In this document: one piece after another, positions 37,236-49,543 of the stretch | How positions within the stretch are numbered: position 1 is the first letter of the stretch | How the letters are laid out: the number at the start of each line of letters is the position of its first letter | Assembly: GCF_001194135.2 (NCBI RefSeq) | Contig: NC_068984.1 | Location: 5,488,693-5,552,692 of the forward strand | DNA length: 64,000 nt | Direction: 5' to 3' | Source of the DNA: Octopus bimaculoides | Taxonomy: Eukaryota | Program-made: the position numbers and the translations under genes | The notes under the pieces: model-generated | Seen by the model: the letters and a program-made list of their open reading frames with translations, nothing else | The model's database searches: none | Told to the model about the DNA's origin: nothing

Positions 37236-37881
37236 GGGATCTATTTTAAAACGGGGGCGCCAGTATTTTCTTAACGAAACACTTTGAAACTTGGGACACT
37301 GATAGAATGTGTTATATAAAACNNNNNNNNNNNNNNNNNNNNNNNNNNNNNNNNNNNNNNNNNNNNNNNNNNNNNNNNNNNNNNNNNNNNNNNNNNNNNN
37401 NNNNNNNNNNNNNNNNNNNNNNNNNNNNNNNNNNNNNNNNNNNNNNNNNNNNNNNNNNNNNNNNNNNNNNNNNNNNNNNNNNNNNNNNNNNNNNNNNNNN
37501 NNNNNNNNNNNNNNNNNNNNNNNNNNNNNNNNNNNNNNNNNNNNNNNNNNNNNNNNNNNNNNNNNNNNNNNNNNNNNNNNNNNNNNNNNNNNNNNNNNNN
37601 NNNNNNNNNNNNNNNNNNNNNNNNNNNNNNNNNNNNNNNNNNNNNNNTAGGGGATTAATACGATATACACCGTTACAGCGCTAACTGTTTTCAACTGAAT
37701 AGACGTCAGTGATTAGTAGAAATAAGACAATTTTTTACATGAAATAAATTCGAAAACAAAAATATTTTTCTGTTCTATAACACACAATAGATAAGTATAC
37801 GCAGTTTGAAAGTCTTTCCGTACCAAAAACACTACATAAAACATAAATGAAAACTGGTGCCCCCGTTTTAAAATAGATCCC
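37236..37881. mobile_element. Second copy of the telomeric-repeat MITE, opposite orientation, centre in a gap
   Basis: GGGATCTATTTTAAAACGGGGGCGCCAGT ... ACTGGTGCCCCCGTTTTAAAATAGATCCC; flanks ATTCGT/ATTCAT; the gap ends in TAGGG. Confidence 0.9.
37323..37647. other. Assembly gap (N run)
   Basis: Ns inside the MITE. Confidence 0.99.
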
Positions 37882-38702
37882 ATTCATGTTTGTGTTAATT
37901 TATCTTTCAGTGAAAAACAGAAGCAGTACCCATGTACCTTTATAGGGTCTCTCAGACATGTGGGAGAAAGAGAGGGAGATATTCTCAATTCCCAAACTTA
38001 TCAAGGTATGTTCTCCGTAGATGAAGAATTCTCGATGCTAATGCCTAATTGTCTTTGGAGTCGCGAGATTTAAACACAGTCGGACAGTTGCAGATAATAT
38101 ATGACTTTCGACTTTTCTTCTGTTCTTTATTCTAATCAATTATATTTGATCACCTACCACGTGTCTGGTATGACACTTCAAATTCGGCTGTCAATCTCTT
38201 TGGCAGCCTAATTTAACTCCATGCGATTCCGACTGGCCTATCCTATTCCCGCCCACTTCCGTATTAAAACTGTTCGTATTCCTTGCTTTGAATGTTTATA
38301 TGTGACAGCCTATCAATTTACTCACCTACTTGCATTAAGGTGGCGCCAGAAGAGTTGACAGACGTAATGCATTGCATAATCTTATAGATTTTGCACGTCC
38401 TACAAAGATGCATGGGAGATACTATTCCTTACAAAATCTCTCAATGAAACATTGTAGCAAGACCATTTAATCTATTCATCTGGTTTTTGAAAGAAAAAAA
38501 TTATCACACCATGCTGAGAGTTTCATTTTACTTTGGAGTGTCATAGTTTTGTAGATTACTTGTGAACTGCCCTTCATTGATGACCAATTCACTAATGGAA
38601 TGCATTTGTTGATTTGTGTGTTTCTGTCAAGTGTAGTGTGATTAATATTGATCCGCATCAATTTTTAAATAGCACCCCGTCACTCAATGTCTGTCTGTCT
38701 GC

Positions 38703-38737
38703 CAGATAGATAGGTAGATATCTATCTATCTATCTAC

Positions 38738-38790
<53 letters not shown>
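38703..38790. repeat. (AGAT)n/(ATCT)n tetranucleotide repeat
   Basis: Directly visible. Confidence 0.9.
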
Positions 38791-38792
<2 letters not shown>

Positions 38793-38970
38793 CAGTTATG
38801 GGACTGCGGCCATGATGTGGGTCTGCCTCAAAGGGGTGAGTAAAAAAAATCGACCACAGCACTTATTTTTAAAGTCTAATGCTTATTCTGTTGGTTTCTC
38901 TTGCCAAACTGCTAAGTTACTGGGACGTAAAGAATCCAACATCAGTTCCCAAGCGGTAGTGAGACACACA

Positions 38971-39004
<34 letters not shown>

Positions 39005-39175
39005 CTGGCTTCTTTCACAGTTTCCGTCTAGCAAATTCACTTGTAAATCAATAATTGGCTCGGATCCACAGCAGGTAACATTTGTGCAAATTGCCACAAA
39101 CCGTGGCTGAGCCCGAAGTCGCGTGACTGCAAAAGGGGGGCGTTTTAACCACTCAACCATGCTTGCGCCAAGCAT
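38790..39175 (-). mobile_element. SINE family A, degraded
   Basis: ttcagtt.tgggactgcggccatg tail; ttcacagttttccgtcta.caaattcact body. Confidence 0.75.
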
Positions 39176-39284
39176 ACAGCCGGAGATAAGTAGATGCATG
39201 CACGCATGCGCACACCCATCTATATACAGAAAGTAAATGCAACAGTTATACATTACATGAATATTTTTCTACTATAGACGCAAG

Positions 39285-39430
39285 ACCTAAAATCTTGTGG
39301 GAAGGGGTTAAGGCAATTACATCGACCCCTTGAATAATGAAAGTAAAGTTAATCTCGGCGGGATTTGAACTCATAACACCAATAAGGACGAAATGCCGCT
39401 AGGCATCTACTCCGGCTTGCCAACAATCCT
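39285..39430 (-). mobile_element. SINE family B, degraded
   Basis: aattacatcgacccc...ctcggcgggatttgaactc...gacgaaatgccgcta. Confidence 0.7.
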
Positions 39431-40005
39431 GCCAGCGCGCAGCCTCAGATTGCATGAATAATATTCGAAACTTGTACAGGTCTTATCAATGAATCGAAAG
39501 CCGATCGCAATTTTTGTATGTCAGAAACATAATTCCGCCTGGTAATGGTGATAGCGTAATCATACAGTAGATTTATTGGTCAGAGAAATTTATAATACGG
39601 CATTTTATTACGTATTGTTTACACACACACACATGTGTAAATGCGTGTGTTATTTTTAAAAGTGATGCTCAAGCATGGCTACAGTTAAATGACTGAAGCA
39701 AGGAAAAAAATTTACATATATGAGTAAGGCAGCGAGCTGGCTGAAACGCTAGCATGCTTTCGGTGTTTCTCAAGGTATACGTGAGTAATTTTTTATGGAA
39801 TTTCCATAGTGCTAACATAGTTTTGTTTTTGTATCAGTGTTTTAAACACTTCGTTAATTGTTTTTGTGCTGCTTTGCAGCAATTTGTTTGTGTTTTCTCT
39901 CCTCTTTTAAGGAGAGTTAGCTATGGAGAAAAAGACTGTTTTTTTCAGACCTTAGTGGGTCTGAACAATCATCGTCAGAAGAACTGCTTAGAGAAGTAGG
40001 GAAAA

Positions 40006-40733
40006 TGGATGAAATAATTAAGAAAGATGAAAAGAAGAAAAACTTCGCGGAAGTGACAAGACAGGAGGAAGAGGAAATTGACGTCAAGAGAATCAGTAAT
40101 TAAAAAATATTGACCTGTTGAAAGGAGTACAATGTGGAGATGTCCCTTCCAAAAGAAATGTTGGAAGGTATCAGAAAGAAAGCAGTTACATACAAAATAT
40201 TCTCAACGAAAGCAGGCAAGATTGAAAACATAAATACAAGCCAAATAGAAAAATCACTAAGGCCCATGTGGCAGGATATAATCTTTTTAAGGAGACGAAC
40301 GAGATTTGGTACAGTGGAAGTGAGGTTCGCAAAAGAACAAAACGCAAAGAAACAGGTAGCAAAGACAACAAAGGACGAAGAAGTGGTGTTGTTGCCCACT
40401 TATATGGGCAGAAGAGCAACTAGGATTAAAGTCGAAGGTATTCTATCAGAAATAGCCATGGTCTGTTTAGCGGCCGCAGTCCTCAAAGGGAGTGAGGACG
40501 AAATAGCGTTGCTCCAGGCCGCGGGAACCATATGCGAGATGTGGAGGGGTAAGACACGCGAGATGAAAGTGCAGGCATCAGCGGAAACCTTGGTAAAAAT
40601 AGCAGAGATGGTCGTGTTTGATGAAGCAGAGATGAAGGTCAAGGTGGAGGGCAGAGTCCCAAGATGCTACAAATGTGGTCTAAAGAGTCACATTAGAGTG
40701 GACTGCCCTTCAGCGCCCCGAGAAAAAAAGTGA
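40006..40733 (+). pseudogene. Gag-like ORF1 of a non-LTR retrotransposon with a CCHC zinc knuckle; early in-frame stops
   Basis: ORF 40134-40733 ends KVKVEGRVPRCYKCGLKSHIRVDCP (C-x2-C-x4-H-x4-C); upstream MDEIIKKDEKKKNFAEV in the same frame, interrupted by stops. Confidence 0.7.
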
Positions 40734-41459
40734 AGAACAGTCAAAGAAAGCAAAGGAACGTGCAGAGGTAATAGAAAAAGAAGAGAAACTACCAGATGAA
40801 GCAGCATGGAAAGTGGTAGGCGGAAAGTAATCTGAATTCTGAACCCCAACCCAGACCCACCGAACCTATACCTCCTCAGACCCTCCCTTCTCCCACAGAC
40901 ACCGATCCTACCCATTCCTCTCCAAGAAAACACGCACACGCACACGCGCGCGCACGCACGCACGCACGCACGAGAAATCTCAAACTGCCTCCCCTCAGAC
41001 TAAAAAGATATGTGCAGTAGCGAAAATTGACGATTCAAACGAGGATTTGGTTAAAGAAATACTGGAATGGGATGACTATAAGGGAGTAGGATCCGAAGTG
41101 TTTGGTAATATTAAGCGGTGGCACCGTTTTTTCTACCACCGGAAGAACAGTTGGAGAGCGTGCTGATACATAAAAATGGATCTGGGTGGTGGGGGATAGA
41201 GATGGATTGAAAGGAGCTACCGGAATATTCGACATACGAGAAGTTGCTAGAACTATATGGACAAGATATGCTAGAAGGATAAAGGGTAGAAATGGGGTCG
41301 CTCGGAAGTGGGGCTGAGTGGTCCCATTCCATTTTTTCATCTTTATCATTCATCTTTATCATGTTTGGTTTTTCGATTCGCCGTTTTGTGTCCCCAGGTG
41401 TGATGTGTTGTCCCCTCTATGTTGGTCCCCTGGTGACCAAAAAAAAAAAAAAATCAAGA

Positions 41460-41635
41460 AACGTTAGCTCGCCGGGCGAAATGCTTAGCGGTATTTCGTC
41501 TGTCTCTACATTCTGAGTTCAAATTCTGCCTTTCATCCTTTCGAGGTCGATAAATTCAGTACCAGTTGCCTACTGGGTCGTTCTAATCGACTGATCCCCT
41601 CCCACAAAATTTCAGGCCTTATGCCTAGAGTATAA
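41460..41635 (+). mobile_element. SINE family B
   Basis: cgccgggcgaaatgcttagcggtatttcgtctgtc...gagttcaaatt...gcctttcatcctttcg. Confidence 0.9.
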
Positions 41636-41974
41636 AGGAATATATATATATATATATAAATGAAATATTCAAACACTGAGATTTGAAGTAAGATGTCACT
41701 ACTGTTCATATCATCTGTGGTTAAATTCAAAATTTGATATCACCAGTAGTGGCATGGGTGGAACGCAGTTATAATAGCTTTAAGGAGCTATGAATTATAA
41801 ATTTGCACGAAGCATAATGATGCTTAATGAGCATCTACCTGCTAGAAATAAGAGCTAAGTCTTAAATAATCCACCGTAGCGCACCAATATAACAGAGAAA
41901 AACAGTATGCGAGGAAAACAGAAAGAATTAAAACATTTAACAGCACAAATAAAAATATTATGCAATTAGGGATA

Positions 41975-42029
41975 TCCACAAACCAGGTTTCGGCTTTTGG
42001 TTATTTAACCTTGAGCCTCGTCAGGTGGA
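41975..42029 (-). ncRNA. Type I hammerhead-like motif (one extra U at the cleavage junction)
   Basis: UCCAC-CUGACGA-GGCU(CAAGGUUAAAUAACCAAA)AGCC-GAAA-CCUGGU-UU-GUGGA. Confidence 0.6.
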
Positions 42030-42080
42030 CCACCAGTTTAAATCCCTGACTGTTTATGTTAGTCTCTGACTGTGCAACTG

Positions 42081-42119
<39 letters not shown>

Positions 42120-43705
42120 TAGTCAGAGTGAACGAGAGTATATAAGAGCGAGAGAGAGAGAGAGTATATAAGAATAGACGACGATAATAGCTGAGATAAA
42201 CTGACAGATTGATAATTAGGAAGGCAACACACGTTCGTTATTGTACATTTACGTTTAAATAGAATTATGGCTGAATTAGATCAACCTAGTTTGCCTGAGG
42301 CCGCTTATTTTTAGAAAGTCCCAGAACGATATAAAATTAAGTTTAATGGTTAGTAATATCGAACTGTAAAGTTAGTGAATTGGCAAATTCATAAACACAA
42401 CAGCAATAATTGAGCTAACATCTCGTCATATAAAGCACAACATGAAGTAGAACTACAGGGGGTAGCAATTATTCGGCTTTTAATGTTAATTGCTTTCACG
42501 CCTGGAAATTCTCAAAGACAGACGTTTGTGAGTCATTGTATTAGCTTTGACGTCATTGACGCTTTTGAAGTGGTAAATATTTTATCACTAAAGCTATTGA
42601 CAAAGCTGCTAGCTTCTCTGGCGATGAGACGAGACAAGCAATTAGGTTTAGACAACTTATGAGACAATGGTGAACATATTAAGGTGAGGAACTTCATACT
42701 TTTGTTAAAATATACCTGCAAGAGAAAAGAGACATCGAGAGCAAGTGGCGGTGTGTGATCTAAATGCATAAAATGATGTTGAGAAGAAACAAAAACCGAA
42801 AAAGCTACCAGTAAAATTAAGTATTTTCAGCAACATTTTACGGATTACTGATGCGCCTAACCTCATTATAACGATAAGATGGCCTTTCAAGTAAACAGCG
42901 AGGGTTTCTTTGCTTTGAGCCTGAAACGGCATTCTATGGACTTCGGTTAAACTGACGGAAAGTTTTATGAAGAAAACCGATGAGGAAATAGAACAGAAGA
43001 GAAATTGAAAGAGAAATTACTTGGTAATTGAAAAACTAAAAGGAATGCTTGTGGGCTAAAGTTGCATTGAAACATACCTCATCACCGCCCGAGACCATGA
43101 TATGTAACAAGTTGTATCAGATGGTTTTATTTGAAATTTAAACACCACTGAAAGAAAAGGAATTAAGTGTTGTGTATATATATATATATATATACACACA
43201 TGTATGTATTGTGTGCGTGTTCCGTCATTAGAATTTCTATATACTTATATAGATATGTGCACACACAAAATCAATTCGGTCCTTGGTCTCATATAATCAC
43301 TGGAAGAATCATTTCCCCATCTCCGAGATTTTCATAAAATGAGCTTCCAATGTGGTGTTTGTTCCGTATGGTCGTTTGGTCAATTAAAAATAGCAGCTAA
43401 ATATTTCTAATATCAAATCAATCGTCTTAGACACAGTTTAGTTTTCGCCTGGAATTTATTTTGTAATGGAACCGGCATGTTCAGTGCCAGAAAATATCTG
43501 ACAATTGGAGCGTTTGATGATTGGTAATCAGGAGCTAACGAATAACAAAGGAACATCGATATGCTATTGGTGTTCTTTCTTACGAAATATATAGAACTCC
43601 TTAAGAAGTGCTCGAGTCGAACGCGAACCAAAGGATAAGAATTATATCAACTCAAATTAGGTAATCAACTTATTATACACCCCCCCCCCACATATATCGC
43701 ATTGA

Positions 43706-44005
43706 TAAGTGGTTAGAGCCTCGGGCTCACAATCACGAGGCAGTGAGTTCGATTCCCAGACTGGGCTGTGTTGCGTTCTTGAGCAAGATACTTTATTTCA
43801 CGTTGCTCCAGTTCACTCAGCTGAAGAAATGAGTTGAGACATCACTGGTTCTAAGCTGTATCGGCCCCTTTGCCTTTCCATTGGACAACACCGTTGGCAT
43901 GGTGAGGGGGGGGCTGGTATGGGTGACTGCTGGTCTTTCATAAACAACATTGTTCGGACTTGTGCCTCGGGGGTAACTTTCTATGTACAAACTCATGAAC
44001 ATTCA
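43706..44005 (+). mobile_element. tRNA-derived SINE family D (C-type head, different tail)
   Basis: gtggttagagcctcgggctcacaatcacgagg.agtgagttcgattccc...ttgagcaagatactttatttcacgttgctccag; tail homologous to 48040-48350. Confidence 0.85.
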
Positions 44006-44023
44006 TAACCCAAAGCGTCCATA

Positions 44024-44185
44024 GGCGGTTTCAAGCCTCCTTCCCATCCACATGGTTCCGGGTTCAGTCCCACTGCGTGGCACCATGTTAAAGTGTATTC
44101 TGGTATAGCCCCGAGCCGACCAAAGCCTTGTGAGTGGATTTAGTAGACGGAAACTGAAAGAAGCCCGTCGTGTATACATACATAC

Positions 44186-44237
<52 letters not shown>

Positions 44238-44748
44238 TCCACCACCACGTGACAAGCGGTGCTGGTGTGTTTACTTCCCGCGTAACTTTTGCAAGAGAGA
44301 CTGATAGNNNNNNNNNNNNNNNNNNNNNNNNNNNNNNNNNNNNNNNNNNNNNNNNNNNNNNNNNNNNNNNNNNNNNNNNNNNNNNNNNNNNNNNNNNNNN
44401 NNNNNNNNNNNNNNNNNNNNNNNNNNNNNNNNNNNNNNNNNNNNNNNNNNNNNNNNNNNNNNNNNNNNNNNNNNNNNNNNNNNNNNNNNNNNNNNNNNNN
44501 NNNNNNNNNNNNNNNNNNNNNNNNNNNNNNNNNNNNNNNNNNNNNTATATATGTTTGTGTGTCTGTTTGTCCCCCCACTATCGCTTGACAATCGACGCTG
44601 GTGTGTTTACGTCTCCGTAACTTAGCGGTTCGGCAAAAAAGACCGATAGAATAAGTACTAGGCTTACAAAGAATAAGTCCTGGGGTCGATTTGCTCGACT
44701 AAAGTCGGTGCTCCAGCATGGCCGCAGTCAAATGACTGAAACAAGTAA
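44024..44748 (+). mobile_element. SINE family A (probably two copies, or a redundantly assembled copy, around gap 44308-44545)
   Basis: Head before the gap; the ggtgtgtttac segment appears on both sides; complete tail at ~44748. Confidence 0.85.
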
Positions 44749-45745
44749 ATTTCGCTGTAGCTGAAGAGTTAACGAAAAGAATTTACTTTATTCGCAAGAT
44801 AGTAATTTACTAAAGTAGAAGCAGTTTATAATTGCAGAGAAGTTCAGATTTCTGGATTATGGAAAGGTTTTGTGGCAGCTTCTATTAATGGAGGCATTAG
44901 AGGAGCAGGTGCAGTGATCGTGGTTCTAAACGGATCTAGGAGATTGGTGAGACCAAGGAACAAGATCAGAAACGTGGCGCGGACTACACAAAGGACGACC
45001 CACCACCAGGCGGTGTTAAACACGGTGAGTGATTATTATTGCCACCTAATCAGAACTGTTCCTCGGAAAGGCTTCCACACAATTTACTTTCAGTTAGATT
45101 TTGTGTGGCCAGAGTATATGATAGAAAGCACTTAAAGTGTCGAGTCGTAGATTCGAACCGCAAACCACTTCATTTCGAAGCAATGCGGAGATAATACCTC
45201 CGTCTCTAGTTCAAAGTCAACTAATGTTGACGTCACAAAGATACGTCAGATCAGTTAAACGGTTGTTAACTTTACAATGTTTTAATAATTACAGAGCGAC
45301 ACTCGTCGTTTTGATTACAAAAGATCTCCAGCTACAATGATTATGGAGATCTAAAGTTTGACATCATGCGATAATATTCAATGTTGAGTCGTGAGGTTTA
45401 TTGATTTAAAAACAGGACTGTATTTGTGTAAAGTATCTGTCAAGTCTACGATTGATGTAAAGATCCGCAATTTCCCGCCAATATTTCAAACTGCTTTGAT
45501 ATACACACCGCCCGAGTCTATGGCATGTAACAAGTTGTATCAAATGGTTTTGTTTGAAATGTATCCCCCACTGAAAAAATAATCACTGTGTATAGTTATA
45601 TGTGAATAGATATATAAACATACGTGTGTGTGTGTGTGTGTGTGTACAGGGCGAGCCAAAAATCATGTACAATACATGTTTAATACGCTTTTTTCCCTAA
45701 ATTGAATAGAATAAATAAAATGATGGATACTCACGTGCATGTAAA

Positions 45746-46005
45746 TGTTCCGATCAATAATTATCCGGATTGTTGCTATAGTAACGAAGCTAAAGCACAC
45801 AGAGTGAAACCGCTTGGCAAAGATTGACTTTGAACTCTGCTATGCATGGGCACTAAATTCGAATGTTCTATCCCACTTCCGTTGTTTGCAGTAGGGCTTG
45901 GAAGGAAGCTGTGTAGCGTGTGATCATCGCATTAACCATGACAGAGAAAGTTGAGTAGAGAATCTGCATCAAATTTTGTCAGAGACTTACGCAAAGTCCC
46001 CAAAA
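45746..46005 (+). mobile_element. Mariner 5' end (left-end sequence, 5' UTR and start of transposase)
   Basis: ATG ACA GAG AAA GTT GAG TAG AGA ATC TGC ATC AAA TTT TGT = MTEKVE*RICIKFC; 5' UTR homologous to 46390-46560 (minus). Confidence 0.75.
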
Positions 46006-46009
46006 AGTT

Positions 46010-46569
46010 TTCATCGTTCTCGACACAATCAAGATCTTGTGCAACTGAAACTCGAGTTTCTTTTTGCTCAGCTCAAAGCAGTTTTGGCACAAATTTGGCA
46101 GACACGCGTCTCATACCCAAATCTTCTGTGATAATGGACTGAATTAATTACTCTACTCATCTTCTGATAACCACAGATGGTAATTCGACGATTTCCCCAC
46201 ACAGCTGCACGTTTTTCTCAGTTCTGCTGGTTACATGTCTACCAGAACGTTCGTCACTATTGACATTCTTTCGGCCATCTTGGAAATGTCTGAATCCCTC
46301 GTACACCTGTGTGCGGCTCATGCACTCCTCTCCATACACCTTCTGCAACTTTGCATAAGCCTTTGAGCAGGTATCGCCATGACAACTTTCTCTGCCATGG
46401 TTAATGCGACGACCAAACGCTGCACACCTTCCTTCCAAGAATTGCTTTACGTAGCGGGAGTTAAAACTTAGTGCGCATGCACAAGAGTTCAAAGCCAATC
46501 TTTCCCAAGCAGCTCCACTCTGCATGCTTTAGCTTTGTTACAGTCCGGATACGTATTGCTTAAACCTCG
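46010..46569 (-). mobile_element. Mariner 5' half (TIR to N-terminal transposase)
   Basis: TA|CGAGGT... terminus; YGEECMSRTQVYE, DERSGR, IITEDLGMRRVSAKFVPKLL. Confidence 0.85.
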
Positions 46570-47014
46570 TATAGGATGACCAGAATGCATAGCAATAACA
46601 ATTGCGCAAAGCTCCACGTTTTGGTACTTGGCTTTTGGGGACACGGACACACACACACACACACTCACTCACTCACTCACTCTTAATCTTTACCTCTCGA
46701 GGAAATGTCTTAATTACCTAATGACAATTAAGATAAGCTCCACATAAGAAGTGAGTGAATGATATTATCAGAAATTAACAATACTCCAAAGTTGGTATGC
46801 TGTTAAGGAAAAGAACAGATTTCTTTCTTGGAGATAAGTGGAATATGACAGATACTTGTTTCGGGCTCAATAACCGTCCTCAGCATGACAATTGTCCGAC
46901 TTTAATATTCAGGAGGCAGAGAATTTGGAATGGTGCAAAAGAAGGGTAGAAACCTACTACTACTGCTACTACCACTACTACTACTACTACTAATAATAAT
47001 AGTAATAATAATTT

Positions 47015-47148
47015 CAAATTTTGGCACAAGTCCAGCAATTTCGGGGGAGGAGGTTAGTCGATTACTTACACTCCAGTGCTCAAGTGGTATTTATTTCATC
47101 GACCCCGAAATGATCAAAGACGAAGTCAACCTAGGTGGAATTTGAACT
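47015..47148 (-). mobile_element. SINE family B, 3' part
   Basis: ttcaaattttggcacaag...atcgaccccgaaa.gat.aaag. Confidence 0.75.
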
Positions 47149-47154
47149 TAGGAG

Positions 47155-47480
47155 AGCCTGCTCGTGAAATTAACTTACAAGTGGCCGATCACTCCAAAGA
47201 CACGTGGACCCTTAACGTAGTACTCGGGGAGATTCAGCATGACACAGTGTGACACGGTTTGCCCTTTGAAATACAGGTACAACAGAAACAGGAAGAGACA
47301 GTGAGAGAAAGTTAGGGTGAAAGAGTACATACAGCAGGGCTCACCATCACTCCCTGCCGGAACCTCGCGTAGCTTTAGGTATTTTCGCTCAATAAACACC
47401 CACAACGACCGGTCTGGGAATCGAAACCGTGATCCTATGACCGCGTGTCCATTGCTGTAACCACTGCGCCATTGCAGCTC
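47155..47480 (-). mobile_element. SINE family C (head variant 1)
   Basis: Collinear with 5205-5560. Confidence 0.85.
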
Positions 47481-47699
47481 CACCCTTTCGTCATAAATAT
47501 TTACTTATATTATTACTATTATTCTGTGATAATATTTTAAAGTACAGTTTAAAGATCACAAAACATGGAACATACTTAAGCAGGCTATCCCTTGTTTTTG
47601 ATGTTCTACATGTTTTAGTTATTGGAATGAAGTCAAGCTGGGGAACGCCTTGAAGGGTTTTAGTTGAAGAAATCAACCCCAGTACAAAATTTTAAGGTT

Positions 47700-47958
47700 G
47701 TCACTTTTTCAATTGATCATTTACACCTAACCGCTACGTCACAGGAACGTAAAAAACCGACAACGCTTGTCAAAGGATGGTGGCTGTGGTGGTGGGACTA
47801 AGAGGCACTGACAGAACTACACACACAAACAAACATACACATTTACAAGGTGCTGGTCGACTCGGAACAACAGTAGACGACACTCGCCCAAGATATTGTG
47901 CACTGAAACCGAAATGAAGTGATGCAAAGCGGGTTCTTGGACCCACGGCCATACCTGC
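47700..47958 (-). mobile_element. SINE family A, degraded
   Basis: ctaaccgcta.gt.acaggaacgtaaa...cttgtcaa.g.atggtgg. Confidence 0.6.
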
Positions 47959-48039
47959 CCTAACGATGTTTTACAGTTAGCTTTGCAATGGTTTTGTTTT
48001 TGAGACTAAAGTGTAAAACCCCTTTTCAGTCCTGAATAA

Positions 48040-48350
48040 CCATGGGATGCGCCTAGAAAGTTCCCATCCGAGGCACAAGTCCGGGGAAGGTTGTTTTATG
48101 GAAGTCCAGCAGTCGTCTATGCATACCTGCCTCTGCCACTCCACCTCACCGATGTTATCCAAGAGAAAGACATAAGGGCCGATGCAGCTTAGCACCAGTG
48201 ACGTCACAACTCATTTCTACAGCTGAGTGAATTGGAACAACGTGAAAATAAAGTGTCTTGCTCAAGATTACATCACACAGCCCGCTCCAGGAATCGAACT
48301 CACAACCTCATGATTATGAGCCCGCCGCTCTAGCCATTGAGCAATGTGCT
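48040..48350 (-). mobile_element. SINE family D
   Basis: Reverse-complement homolog of 43706-44005. Confidence 0.85.
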
Positions 48351-48659
48351 ATGACAGAAATGCGATCTTCTCCATTTGGGAATCGAACCCCGGCTGCCGT
48401 GGTGAAAGCGGGGATCCTAATTCCTGTTTAGAGGAATTCTTTGGGGTTTTTGAATCTATGCATTATTTATGAATTCATTGTTCCTTTCACTTCTCAATTG
48501 ACACAAATTGCACCACCACCACCACCGTCTCTTGTTTTCTTTTGTACTTCACCTTCATGATTTCTCACGACTTTTTGGAAACTTTTTGGAAAACTGAAGG
48601 AACCCGTCTTCGCCTTCGTCACCACCATCATCAGCATTATCGTCATGATATTAAATTCT

Positions 48660-48784
48660 GCTTATGTTGACTTTGCCTATCAGCGTCACAGGGACGATGA
48701 AGTAAAGTGCAAGTCAAGAACTGGGGCTGATGTAATCATCGTTCCCCTCCCCTCAAAAACAGTTGGCCCTGTGCCAAACTTTGA

Positions 48785-48837
<53 letters not shown>

Positions 48838-49030
48838 GCGGCGTGCTGGCGGAATTGTTAGTATGCTGGACGAAATGTTTAGTGGTATTTCGCCCGTGGC
48901 TTCGTTCTGAGTTCAAATCCTGCCCAGGTCGATTATGCCTTTCATCCTTTCAGGCTCGATAAATAGAGTACCAGTTGTAATCGACTCATCCCCTCCCACA
49001 AAATTTCAGCCCTTGTGCCGATAGTAGAAA
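48660..49030. mobile_element. Two SINE family B-like copies separated by (ATT)n
   Basis: Copy with gtgctggcggaattgttag head at 48838; body-like segment at 48660-48790. Confidence 0.65.
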
Positions 49031-49209
49031 GGGTTATCATCATTATTATTAATATAATTATTATCACCCATTATGACTACGCCCCAGATAAGAGTACTTC
49101 AGACACATGCATCACAACCTCAAATGAGGAATAAGTAGAAATTTTACCGGCGTGTGTGTTAAATTATAAAGCACAAAAAGAAAATGACTCTCCCCAGACA
49201 CAACAGAAC

Positions 49210-49247
<38 letters not shown>

Positions 49248-49395
49248 GTAAACTTATATAGATGTTCTGTTGTGTCTGGGGAGTCATTTTCTTTTTTGTG
49301 CCTTATAATTTAACACACATGTATCTCTCTCTCTCCCTCTCTCTCTCTCCCTCTCTCTCTCTCCCTCTCCCTCTCTCTCTATCTATCTATCTCTA

Positions 49396-49445
<50 letters not shown>

Positions 49446-49505
49446 ATGTATGTATGTATCTGTCTATCTATGTGTGTGTGTGTGTGTATATCTCTCTTTC
49501 TTTCT

Positions 49506-49543
<38 letters not shown>

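Noticed and set aside
39940-39980. CUGACGA followed by a hairpin and GAAA (minus strand)
   Set aside because: Nine extra nucleotides between core and stem II, and no stem I/III
42260-43000. Possible PLE ORF adjoining the 42-kb hammerhead
   Set aside because: No RT or GIY-YIG motif found in manual translation
44750-44800. CUGAAGA-GUUAAC-GAAA minimal hammerhead-like core
   Set aside because: Stems I and III cannot be formed in register; partly built from a SINE tail
46845-46890. CUGAGGA...CCCGAAAC on the minus strand
   Set aside because: C-C mismatch at the base of stem II and no stem I; at best a heavily decayed HHR
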